64,000 bases of DNA from Vibrio sp. MedPE-SWchi (GTDB lineage: Bacteria; Pseudomonadota; Gammaproteobacteria; Enterobacterales; Vibrionaceae). The DNA is taken from NCBI GenBank assembly GCA_001874155.1, contig MPDB01000008.1:30176-94175 (forward strand). The letters run 5' to 3'. Of this stretch, positions 1-9,154 are shown piece after piece; positions within the stretch are counted from its first letter, which is position 1; each line of letters opens with the position of its first letter. Below the pieces are notes generated by a model that was not told where the DNA came from, did no database searches, and saw nothing but the letters and a program-made list of their open reading frames with translations. Made by a program: the position numbers and the translations under genes.

Positions 1-676
1 CAATGCCGCCTCTGCCTCAGAGCTTACCTCGCTCGCCAAGGTAAAATCGACCCAAGGTCTAGAGCGGATTAACGACACCATTGACGCTGTACAGAAGCTT
101 AATGATGAGCTCGACAACTCTCAAAGAATTATCCATCGGTTATCAGAAGACAGTAAAAAAATTGAAACCATATTGGATGTAATCAGCACGATCTCAGATC
201 AAACCAATCTACTCGCACTCAACGCTGCCATCGAGGCCGCCAGAGCAGGTGAAGCTGGCAGAGGATTTGCTGTTGTAGCCGATGAAGTCAGGAATCTCGC
301 CTCAAAGACAGGTTCTTCTGCAAACGAGATACAAACCATGATTCTACAGCTGCAGCAAACGGCTGGGCAGGCGGTAGAGGTTATGGAGCAAGGTGGAAAG
401 CTATCACAAGAGTGCCGAGCAAGGGCAGATGAAACGGGGTCAGTTTTAGAAGAAGTGGTCAATACACTGACCCAAGTTTCCAGCAATAGCCATCAGATTG
501 CGGTTGCTGTCGAGCAGCAATCTGACGTCACACAAGATGTGAATAAAAGCGTGCTCAATATAAAAAACCTGACAGAAGAAACCAGCTCTGCATCGGCAAG
601 CTCGGTACAGAGAACTCGGCAACTGGTGGATGAACTTGAGGCACTAGAACGACTGACCGAACAGTTTGCCAGTTAA
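1..676 (+). CDS. Methyl-accepting chemotaxis protein, C-terminal part (5' end lies outside the window)
   Basis: MCP signalling-hairpin motif [37 protein letters not shown]; stop at 674-676. Confidence 0.95.
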   Translation, partial: NAASASELTSLAKVKSTQGLERINDTIDAVQKLNDELDNSQRIIHRLSEDSKKIETILDVISTISDQTNLLALNAAIEAARAGEAGRGFAVVADEVRNLASKTGSSANEIQTMILQLQQTAGQAVEVMEQGGKLSQECRARADETGSVLEEVVNTLTQVSSNSHQIAVAVEQQSDVTQDVNKSVLNIKNLTEETSSASASSVQRTRQLVDELEALERLTEQFAS

Positions 677-693
677 GGCTGCCACACAAACAG

Positions 694-719
694 CAAAGCC
701 AGATCATCGTCTGGCTTTG
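694..719. terminator. Hairpin between convergent MCP and REC genes
   Basis: CAAAGCCAGA-tcatcg-TCTGGCTTTG inverted repeat. Confidence 0.7.
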
Positions 720-739
720 TAGTTTAAGTGATGAGTGGT

Positions 740-1633
740 TTAGTACCCCACCAACGTGACCTTACCCAGCTCTGACTCCCCTATTTGGCAAGAGAAATCC
801 ACTCGCTCTTCCGAGCCTTTCGCATACAGCTTTTCTAGCTTTTCAAAGGTATGTGGGAGCAGGCTGACACTCTTCAAGCGAAGGCTTTTCTTCGTACGGT
901 TATCGAGAAAAGCTAAGGCGGTGTCCGTCAGTGTCTTATGGCAAGAATCAAGTATCTCCTTACTCACCGTTCGGCTCTCGATGGCATGCTGGAAGTCTTT
1001 TTCGGTAAGTTTTTTATTGCTCTTGGCAAACAAACAGATGGCTTGCAGATCAAGCAAGGCGATGGTTTTGGGCTTTTGGTTTTCACTATCGACGTACATG
1101 GCCATGAGACAAGGCAGTTTGCTCTCATCAAACTCTTGTGGGTGAATCATGTAAAGGGTCATGTCGTCAGCCACAATTCTCTGCATGTGCTTTTCTAGGT
1201 TGGAAACCTGAGGAAGGGCCAAGTCACCTTTGTACTCGGTTGGTTCGGCTAACATGCCATGGTCACCAATCGCGGTAACAAGGGGCCGAATCATTTTATG
1301 TAGGTCGGTATCTTCAAACGGCTTAGAGAGAACGAACAGCGCTCCCGCTTTCTGGGCTTTGACGATAAGCTGCTCATCATCCACCATCGTGATCATGGCT
1401 GTTTTGATGTCGGGGTTCATCTCAGCAATGACCTCTATCAGCTCTAGCCCCGACATTCCCGGCATGTGCCAATCGGTCAGCAAGATATCTGGCTTCCACT
1501 CTTCAACAAGCACCAGTGCCTCTGCAGCGCTGTCTGCCTTATTAATCGATAAACGTTTATAAGGAAATGTCTCAAGTGCACGTCGGACGATCTCCAACGT
1601 TGCCTTGCTGTCATCAACGATTAAAACCTTCAC
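740..1633 (-). CDS. Response regulator: CheY-like receiver plus uncharacterised C-terminal domain
   Basis: N-terminal MKVLIVDDS, LLTDWHMPGMSG (phospho-Asp), ITM and SKPF motifs; ~160-aa C-terminal domain with no recognisable DNA-binding motif. Confidence 0.9.
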   Translation of the reverse strand: MKVLIVDDSKATLEIVRRALETFPYKRLSINKADSAAEALVLVEEWKPDILLTDWHMPGMSGLELIEVIAEMNPDIKTAMITMVDDEQLIVKAQKAGALFVLSKPFEDTDLHKMIRPLVTAIGDHGMLAEPTEYKGDLALPQVSNLEKHMQRIVADDMTLYMIHPQEFDESKLPCLMAMYVDSENQKPKTIALLDLQAICLFAKSNKKLTEKDFQHAIESRTVSKEILDSCHKTLTDTALAFLDNRTKKSLRLKSVSLLPHTFEKLEKLYAKGSEERVDFSCQIGESELGKVTLVGY

Positions 1634-1735
1634 AAGATCTCATCTATTTGTTCGTAACCTGTTCAAAGTATAGGCACAAATTTTTATAACAACTAAACTT
1701 ACAAACTAAGCAAGCAATTGCAGAAGGTGATAGAT

Positions 1736-2512
1736 ATGTCGATAGCCGATCTAATGACGGAAGAAATTCTAGGTATGCTCGCCATTGACCTAGGCTTAGT
1801 GATCCTGACAGGTTGGTTTATCATCCTGCTACTCATCATCCGTGAATTTCGAAAATTTGCTCGCAGCTTTACCAAAGAAAGCAGTGGAATGGACGAGAAC
1901 ACACTCCAAATGTGCCAGCAATCTGTTGATAATGCTCTAAATTACACCTCAGAAAACAATGACACCTTGAACGATTTGATTCAGCTTCAGCAGGCCTTAG
2001 AAAGCCAGATGGCCCTGCTTCGCAGTTCAACAGCGCAACACATAACCCCAGAAGAGCAAGCCTCCATCGACGACCTGAACCTAAAACTGAATAAGTCGCA
2101 CAAGCTCATCCGCAAGCTTAAGGGTGACCTCGATAAAAGTGTTAAAGGCCTCAGAGTCACAAGAAAAAAGCTCTTCACTCAAACCGATACGGTCGATAGC
2201 CTGCGCGAAGAAAATGCCGCGCTAGAGAAAGATTTCGAAAAACTGGAACAGGAATACATTCAGATCAGCCAAGCGGGAGGCTTTCAGGATCTGGCAATAC
2301 AATATCAAACCGAGAAAGAGCAGCTACTTAACACCATTGAAGAATACAAGCAGCAAGCAGAACAAGGAGGCAGTGGTGAAGATGTGGAGGCGATGCGCCA
2401 AGAACTTGAACAAATACAGCAACAATTGCAGCATTCAAACAAAGAGAAAGATTTTGTTGAGAATAAATATCTCGATTTGGTCAAAGAGATGGAGAATGAT
2501 AAGCCCGCTTAA
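1736..2512 (+). CDS. Membrane-anchored coiled-coil protein of unknown function
   Basis: One N-terminal hydrophobic helix (LAIDLGLVILTGWFIILLLII), then a Q/E/K/L-rich heptad region; SD-like AAGGTG before ATG 1736. Confidence 0.8.
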   Translation: MSIADLMTEEILGMLAIDLGLVILTGWFIILLLIIREFRKFARSFTKESSGMDENTLQMCQQSVDNALNYTSENNDTLNDLIQLQQALESQMALLRSSTAQHITPEEQASIDDLNLKLNKSHKLIRKLKGDLDKSVKGLRVTRKKLFTQTDTVDSLREENAALEKDFEKLEQEYIQISQAGGFQDLAIQYQTEKEQLLNTIEEYKQQAEQGGSGEDVEAMRQELEQIQQQLQHSNKEKDFVENKYLDLVKEMENDKPA

Positions 2513-2629
2513 AGAACTCAGCAGCCAATCCTAATGATAAAACCGTGCTTTTCACATTTGTACATTTGCCAGACACATTTAGAATCCGTAGCCTGCTTCT
2601 CTGGGCAAAATTACGCGCTGTAAACTTGG

Positions 2630-3550
2630 CTATTTAACGCATAACACGTTAAGTAATGACGTCCCTTTCAGCTGGCTGATCTTGCCACTGGTAAACATCC
2701 CTTTTCGCTCAAAGCCCCAATAAGGCAGATGCATCGGCCAGTTATCGCCTTTCATCACGTTCGACTCAAGCAATTGTGCCCATTCATTTTCCACCGGCAA
2801 GCGCATGCCCATTGCGTGACAAATATCAGTTGCCGATTCGTAGCTTAAGCGGTTCCACGGCAACCCGTGTTCCATATAAAATTGGCCGTTATCAGCATTA
2901 CTGTATGGGACGCGATACTCTAGCTCTCCGACAGTGGCTTTTAATCGAACCACCACTTTATCTTCTTCGACTTCAGGATCTTCTCTTAGCGAGTCCATCA
3001 TCACTGGGGCTGCGATCGCCATCGATTGCTCCACCGCAGGTTTCGGCGATGGCTTTTTTATTGGTGATACCTTGGTGGTCTTTGCACCTTTCACCACTTC
3101 TCGAATGAACGATTCTTTGTAAGCGGATTCGGTTTTCACGGCTGCCAGCTCCTGACGAGCTTGAGCAAAGTCTTCGTAAGGACCAATCAAACAACGGTGT
3201 CCACCGTCTTCAGGTTTAGACCACACATCGGTTGAGATATGTTGATAGATAGATTTGGCTTTCGACAGGGCCAAAGGCTTGGACAGCACGCCACATTGAA
3301 TCCAGAAGCTTGATTGGCTCCCTTTCGGCTTTTGGTTGCCCCACAGTCCTTTACCAATTGGGCAAGAGGCATCTAGCACTGGCAATTCGCTTGTCGATGC
3401 TTGAGTCGCATCACATAGAAACTCTTCCGCTGAAGCGGTCTGAAAGAGCAATGGAAAGGCTATAGCTGCCATGCTCAGGAGCTTTATGCCGATCATTCTA
3501 GGTTTGATTACTGACTTCGTATCCATACTTCTTTTAACCTTAATCGTCAT
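2630..3550 (-). CDS. Exported SPOR-domain protein with C-terminal lectin/invasin-like domain
   Basis: Signal-peptide-like N-terminus; SPOR-like FWIQCGV...HRCLIGPYEDFAQARQEL; P/K-rich linker; C-terminal WNRLSYESATDICHAMGMRLP...WPMHLPYW...VLCVK; start codon uncertain. Confidence 0.7.
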   Translation of the reverse strand: MTIKVKRSMDTKSVIKPRMIGIKLLSMAAIAFPLLFQTASAEEFLCDATQASTSELPVLDASCPIGKGLWGNQKPKGSQSSFWIQCGVLSKPLALSKAKSIYQHISTDVWSKPEDGGHRCLIGPYEDFAQARQELAAVKTESAYKESFIREVVKGAKTTKVSPIKKPSPKPAVEQSMAIAAPVMMDSLREDPEVEEDKVVVRLKATVGELEYRVPYSNADNGQFYMEHGLPWNRLSYESATDICHAMGMRLPVENEWAQLLESNVMKGDNWPMHLPYWGFERKGMFTSGKISQLKGTSLLNVLCVK

Positions 3551-3578
3551 GCCTTGGGTGGCTTACTGAAATGAATGC

Positions 3579-3608
3579 AAAAAAAGAGCCGTAAAAAGTT
3601 ACGGCTCT
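3579..3608 (-). terminator. Rho-independent terminator of the peptide ABC operon
   Basis: AGAGCCGTAA/TTACGGCTCT stem with an A-run on + (U-tract on -). Confidence 0.75.
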
Positions 3609-3647
3609 AGTTTAGTTAGATTTCTGATTAAAAATCAATTCGCTCGA

Positions 3648-4586
3648 TCACCCTTTGTAGATCTTAGGGTTGAATACGTCACGTAACCAGTCGCCAAGTA
3701 GGTTGATAACCAGTACAAGGGAGATCAATACAATACCTGGGAAGGCAGTAATCCACCATGCGCCCGAGAAGATGTAGTTGAAACCAATACTAATCAACGC
3801 ACCCAACGATGGCTGATCGACAGGGAGACCCAGTCCAAGGAACGACAGTGCCGCTTCTGACATGATAGCGTTTGCAATCTGAACCGTTGAGATAACCAAG
3901 ATTGGCGACAGACAGTTCGGAAGAATATGGCGGAACATGATGCGTGGCGCTTTAAAGCCCATCACGCGCGCGGCTTCTACGTACTCTTTCTTCTTCTCTG
4001 CCAGTACCGAAGCACGAATCGTACGTGCGTACTGAGGCCACTCTGCGACACCAATGATAACCACCAGCATCACCACCGCATATTGACTGTAGAAGTCACT
4101 GCCGAAGCTCGCTTTAAAAATAGCCGAGACAATGATTGCCACCATCATAGTGGAGAATGACAGCTGAACATCGGCAAATCGCATAAGGAAGCTATCGATA
4201 CGCCCACCGAAGTAACCCGCTGATAGACCAATGACGATACCAAGCGTTAACTGAAGACCAACCGCTAAAAAGCCAATGGTTAGTGATAAACGTGAACCGT
4301 AAAGAATGGTCGATAAAATGTCTCGACCTTGCTCATCGGTACCGAGAAGGAAGTGCTCTTCCCCACCTTCCATCCATGACGGAGGAAGCTCTGAGTCCAT
4401 GATGTCAATCGATGAAAGATCGTAAGGGTCGGTTGGCGACAAGATAGGGGCGGCCAATGCCAAGACTAAGAACATCATAAAGATGGCAAAGCTCGTCATC
4501 GCAACCTTATCGCGTAAGAAGTAATACACGATGTCTGAATTTTTAAAACGCTCCCAACGACTCGGAGCTGCTGCTACTTCACTCAT
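3648..4586 (-). CDS. Peptide ABC transporter permease (DppC/OppC family)
   Basis: LGTDEQGRDILS and EAA motif EYVEAARVMG; multiple TM helices. Confidence 0.95.
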   Translation of the reverse strand: MSEVAAAPSRWERFKNSDIVYYFLRDKVAMTSFAIFMMFLVLALAAPILSPTDPYDLSSIDIMDSELPPSWMEGGEEHFLLGTDEQGRDILSTILYGSRLSLTIGFLAVGLQLTLGIVIGLSAGYFGGRIDSFLMRFADVQLSFSTMMVAIIVSAIFKASFGSDFYSQYAVVMLVVIIGVAEWPQYARTIRASVLAEKKKEYVEAARVMGFKAPRIMFRHILPNCLSPILVISTVQIANAIMSEAALSFLGLGLPVDQPSLGALISIGFNYIFSGAWWITAFPGIVLISLVLVINLLGDWLRDVFNPKIYKG

Positions 4587-4588
4587 GA

Positions 4589-5566
4589 TTAAGATCCTTT
4601 ACCCGTTAGGTTAACTGTTGGGTTGATCACGCCATAGAGCAAATCAACAATGGTATTGGTGACAACGAAAATGAGACCAACAAAGATAACGTAAGCGGTA
4701 ATAAGTGGTGTATCCACGCGGTTAATCGCTTCTAAGAATAAGAAGCCTGTGCCTGGCCACTGAAAAACAGTCTCAGTCAAAATGGTGTACGCCACCATAG
4801 TACCGATTTGTACACCGCCCACTGTTAGTACAGGCAGCATGGTGTTTTTCAACGCGTGCTGATAATAGATTTTATTTGTAGCAAGGCCTTTTGCCTTACC
4901 AAATTTGATGTACTCCGAACTCAGTACTTCAAGCATTTCAGAACGCACTAAGCGAATAAATAGTGGAAGCATGATCGATGCAAGAGCAATACATGGAAGT
5001 ACCAAATGACGCAGACCGTCGATAGTAAAGAAGCCAGACTCCCAGCCCAGTACATTCGCTGTTTCGCCTCGCCCATAAGATGGCAACCAGCCAAGTTCAA
5101 TGGAGAAGACGTACATCAGCATAATCGCGGTAAGGAAAACAGGGATCGAGATACCGATACTACTGAATGCCATCACAGCTTTCGTAAAGACGCTTTTAGG
5201 GTGTATTGCAGAATAGACGCCCAGTGGAATGGAACAGACAACGATAATAATCGATGCGCCAAACACGAGCTCTAATGTTGCCACCAGCTTGTCCATAATG
5301 ACGTCAACGGCTGGTCGCTTGAAGAAGTAAGATGTGCCTAAATCACCTTGTAAGGCTGCGCCAATGAAGCGCGTGTATTTTGTAATGAAGGGATCATTCA
5401 GACCTAAATCATCACGCAGTGCTTGACGCTCTGCTTCTGAAACCGACTGACCTACAAGCTCTCGTAGCGGATCACCCAAGTTATCTTGAATGGAAAACGC
5501 CACTAAACTGATCACAAACATCACTATCAGTGCCTGAAACAGGCGATTGACCAGAAACGAAAACAT
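4589..5566 (-). CDS. Peptide ABC transporter permease (DppB/OppB family)
   Basis: LGLNDPFITKY, QGDLGTSY, RLVRSEMLEVLSSEYIKFGKAKG, ETVFQWPG. Confidence 0.95.
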   Translation of the reverse strand: MFSFLVNRLFQALIVMFVISLVAFSIQDNLGDPLRELVGQSVSEAERQALRDDLGLNDPFITKYTRFIGAALQGDLGTSYFFKRPAVDVIMDKLVATLELVFGASIIIVVCSIPLGVYSAIHPKSVFTKAVMAFSSIGISIPVFLTAIMLMYVFSIELGWLPSYGRGETANVLGWESGFFTIDGLRHLVLPCIALASIMLPLFIRLVRSEMLEVLSSEYIKFGKAKGLATNKIYYQHALKNTMLPVLTVGGVQIGTMVAYTILTETVFQWPGTGFLFLEAINRVDTPLITAYVIFVGLIFVVTNTIVDLLYGVINPTVNLTGKGS

Positions 5567-5738
5567 TCCTTGCCCCTTTTAACTATCCATGACTTTCTAC
5601 TCAATATAAGTAGAAACAAAAAATCCAGTCTTAAAAATGGCACCTAGCCGACTGAAACGAAGCTAAGCACCAAAAATAATTTGGCATCCATGCCGCTATC
5701 TACAATTCCAAAATAGCGCTTAGGATGCCTTTAATCGC

Positions 5739-7289
5739 TTACTCTACAACTAGGTCGCCAAAGTAAGGGAAGTTCATGCCATTAACAATTGGACCAATCT
5801 TCACGTTGCTTTTCGCAGCCCATGATGGATCTTGCCAGTGTAGAGGAACGAACGCCGCTTCGTCGTACAGTGTCGCTTCAACTTGCTTAAGCATAGCACC
5901 ACGTTTTGCCAGATCGGTTTCAACGTTTGCAGCATTGATTGCAGCGTCGATTTCAGCATTTGCATAGTGACCACAGTTGTACTGACCTTTACCAGTCTCA
6001 GTGTTACGAGTCATCGCTAGGAACTCTGTGAAGTTCGCAGAATCTTCAGTATCTGGGTGCCAGCCGATCATTAGCATATCTGCCGCACACTTATCGAACT
6101 CAGGCCAGTATTGCGCTTTAGGCATTGTTTTCAGATCAACCTTGATACCGATCTTAGATAGCATTGCCGCAGACGCTTGTGCAATTTTCGCATCGTTCAC
6201 GTAACGGTTGTTTGGTGCCATCATAGTCAGCGTGAAGCCGTTCTCGTAGCCTGCGTCTTTCATCAACTGCTTAGCTTTCTGAAGATCGTAACGTGGTTTC
6301 AGATCGTCGTTGTAACCTGCGTAACCAACTGGGCTCTGTTGAGCTGCAGCGGTAGCGGCACCTTTCATGATTTTCTTAACAATACCTTCATTGTTAATCG
6401 CATGAACGATTGCTTGACGAACACGTACGTCTTTCAGTGCTTCATTGCTGTTTTGGTTCATTTGCAATGTGATAACGCGAGTACCAGACATAGTGTATAG
6501 GTCAATCTGGTTAGCACTTTCGATACGCTTGTAATCATTTGGTGCAACCGGTGCAATCATGTCAACACCACCAGAAAGAAGAGCGGCAACACGAGTCGCT
6601 GCTTCTTTGATTGGTACAAGTGTTAGCTTATCAACGTTACCTGTGTCTTTATCCCAGTAGTCGCCAAAACGCTCAAATACAACCTGTACGCCTTGCTCAC
6701 GCTCTGTCACGATGAAAGGACCAGTACCAGAAACGTTGGTAGAAGCAAACGAGTTACCGTGCTTCACAACTTCTGACTTGTCTTGGCCTTCAGCTGTCGT
6801 GCCTGAATAGAACTTGCTGTCCATCGGGAAGATGTAGGTAGCAACGTTCTCAATCAAAGGATAAGTGTCGTCTGTTTTGATTTCTACGGTGTACTTATCA
6901 ACCTTATTAAGTGCAACTAATGGGCTGAAAATACCTTTGAAGTCTGGAGAGTTCTTTAGACGTTCGAAAGTCCATACAACATCATCCGCGGTTAGCTCAT
7001 TTCCTGAGTGGAATTTAACGCCTTGGCGTAGATTGAAACGCATTGTTTCGTTATCTACTCGCTCCCAAGACTCGGCCAAGCGAGGTTCAAACTCCATTGA
7101 TTGATTGAAACGAATTAATGGATCAAACACCATGTGAGACATTTGCATCGTACCGCCTGACAACTGCTCATGCGGGTCAAGTGATACTGGATCTGCGTCG
7201 TACGCTACTTTAATGTCTGCTGCTGCTGCGCTAAAGCTAAGACCTGCAGCCATCAGTGCGACCGCTAGTTTGCTTTTCATGGTTTTCAT
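5739..7289 (-). CDS. Peptide ABC transporter substrate-binding protein (family 5)
   Basis: Signal peptide MKTMKSKLAVALMAAGLSFSAAAA; LAESWE..FNLRQGVKFHSG..TADDVVWT; GTGPF; SD AAGGAG before ATG 7289. Confidence 0.95.
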   Translation of the reverse strand: MKTMKSKLAVALMAAGLSFSAAAADIKVAYDADPVSLDPHEQLSGGTMQMSHMVFDPLIRFNQSMEFEPRLAESWERVDNETMRFNLRQGVKFHSGNELTADDVVWTFERLKNSPDFKGIFSPLVALNKVDKYTVEIKTDDTYPLIENVATYIFPMDSKFYSGTTAEGQDKSEVVKHGNSFASTNVSGTGPFIVTEREQGVQVVFERFGDYWDKDTGNVDKLTLVPIKEAATRVAALLSGGVDMIAPVAPNDYKRIESANQIDLYTMSGTRVITLQMNQNSNEALKDVRVRQAIVHAINNEGIVKKIMKGAATAAAQQSPVGYAGYNDDLKPRYDLQKAKQLMKDAGYENGFTLTMMAPNNRYVNDAKIAQASAAMLSKIGIKVDLKTMPKAQYWPEFDKCAADMLMIGWHPDTEDSANFTEFLAMTRNTETGKGQYNCGHYANAEIDAAINAANVETDLAKRGAMLKQVEATLYDEAAFVPLHWQDPSWAAKSNVKIGPIVNGMNFPYFGDLVVE

Positions 7290-7438
7290 TGCATAACTCC
7301 TTATGCGGGAATCCGAATCCCTAGTTGTTTTGTTGTGTTTGCTTCTGCTTTTTATATCCAAGCGTGCTCGCTAATTCCAAGCCGCTCAGCTTTCGACACC
7401 GGTTGACCTGTAATAGGCAACCGGTAATTCGAAACGGC

Positions 7439-9154
7439 TTATGCCGTTTTTATTTCTTCTCTTAAGCCCGTAAATTCAGGCATTAATGAAATGAGTTGCT
7501 TGCTGTATTCATGCTGAGGGTTAGTAAACAACTGCTCAGTTGGCGCCACCTCGAGCAGTTTACCCATCTGCATCACACCCACACGGTCACACATCTGGCG
7601 AATAACCGGTAAATCATGACTGATAAACAGCATGGTGAGATTAAGCTCGTCTTGCAGGTCTTTCAATAGGTTCAAGATTTGCGCTTGAACGGATACATCC
7701 AGTGCAGAGGTCGGCTCATCACAGATTAGTAAGCGTGGGCGCGTCGCCAATGCACGTGCAATAGAAATACGTTGACGCTGACCACCCGAGAATTCATGCG
7801 GGTACTTCACGCCCGCCATCTGGCCTAAACCAACGTGATCAAGAAGATCGTTCACGATCTGGCGAGTTTCTGTCTCATTTCGAGTCAGCTTATGAAAACG
7901 AATAGGTTCTGCGATGATATCGAAGATCTTCATACGTGGGTTCATTGACGTATAAGGGTTCTGGAAGACCATCTGCATTTGACGACGTAACGGGCGACGC
8001 TCTTTCTCAGATTTCATCGCCGTCAGGTCAATACCTTCAAACGCTACCTTGCCTGAGTTTGGCGCATAGAGACCGGCTATCACTCGAGCAATCGTTGATT
8101 TACCCGATCCCGATTCACCCACCAGCCCAAAAGTTTCGCCTTCGATAACATCGAAGCTCACGTTATTGGATGCTTGAACGAATTCACGGCGGCTTTCAAA
8201 CAAAGAATCTTTGGTGACAAAACGAAGGTTTACGTTTTCGACGGTTAGCAGAGAGCCGTTGTAGTCACGGTGATCTTGGCTTTGACCTAACCAGTGGTTC
8301 TTCACATCGAGAGGCTCCATTTCATGGGCTTCTTCGATATAGCTCACTAGAGGGAAGCGATCGAGTTTAACATCGGAGCGCGGAACCGCAGAGATCAGAC
8401 TGCGAGTGTATGAGTGATCAGGGTCGCCGAGCACTTTCGCCGTTGGGCCAAATTCCACCAAATCACCGCGGTACATAACCGCTACGCGATCCGTCACATT
8501 GGATACCACACCCATATCGTGTGTAACCAGCATACAACCGACGTTCTTCTCAATACAGAGGTCGCGGATTAGGCTTAAGATTTGATCTTGAATTGAAACA
8601 TCGAGTGCCGTGGTTGGCTCATCGGCAATAATTAGGTCGGGTTCGCCGGCTAACGCAATAGCAATAACCACACGCTGACGCATACCACCAGAGAACTGGT
8701 GTGGGTACTGTTTTAAACGGTTTTCAGGTTGAGGAATACCCACTTGATTCATTAACGATAATGCACGTTGATACGCTTCATCGTCAGACACCTTCATATT
8801 GGCGTGAATGGTTTCGGTTAGCTGCTGCTCAACCGTAAAGAGTGGGTTTAGGGAAGTCATTGGATCTTGGAAGATAAATCCAATTTTGGAGCCACGAACC
8901 TTTCTCATCTCTTCAGGAGACAGGCCTGATACCTTTTCTCCATCTAAAAAGACCTCTCCGCTTGCAATCAAACCAGGAGGGCTAAGTAGATCGATAACTG
9001 CGTTACCCACCGTTGACTTTCCGGCTCCAGATTCTCCAACAACACCCACGATTTCACCACGTTCAATATTGAACGATAACGATTTAACCGCAGCGTGAAC
9101 CCCGTGACGTGACGGGTACTCTATGCGAAGGTTTTGTACTTCTAATAGCGACAT
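7439..9154 (-). CDS. Peptide ABC transporter ATP-binding protein (fused double NBD)
   Basis: Two Walker A motifs (GESGAGKS, GESGSGKS), two YPHxFSGG signatures, two DEPT motifs. Confidence 0.95.
   Translation of the reverse strand: MSLLEVQNLRIEYPSRHGVHAAVKSLSFNIERGEIVGVVGESGAGKSTVGNAVIDLLSPPGLIASGEVFLDGEKVSGLSPEEMRKVRGSKIGFIFQDPMTSLNPLFTVEQQLTETIHANMKVSDDEAYQRALSLMNQVGIPQPENRLKQYPHQFSGGMRQRVVIAIALAGEPDLIIADEPTTALDVSIQDQILSLIRDLCIEKNVGCMLVTHDMGVVSNVTDRVAVMYRGDLVEFGPTAKVLGDPDHSYTRSLISAVPRSDVKLDRFPLVSYIEEAHEMEPLDVKNHWLGQSQDHRDYNGSLLTVENVNLRFVTKDSLFESRREFVQASNNVSFDVIEGETFGLVGESGSGKSTIARVIAGLYAPNSGKVAFEGIDLTAMKSEKERRPLRRQMQMVFQNPYTSMNPRMKIFDIIAEPIRFHKLTRNETETRQIVNDLLDHVGLGQMAGVKYPHEFSGGQRQRISIARALATRPRLLICDEPTSALDVSVQAQILNLLKDLQDELNLTMLFISHDLPVIRQMCDRVGVMQMGKLLEVAPTEQLFTNPQHEYSKQLISLMPEFTGLREEIKTA

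Noticed and set aside
2630-2650. dif-like sequence (TTATGCGTTAAAT on -) at the end of the SPOR gene
   Set aside because: Two-base insertion relative to the XerD arm, no XerC arm, inside a coding sequence and in an origin-proximal region
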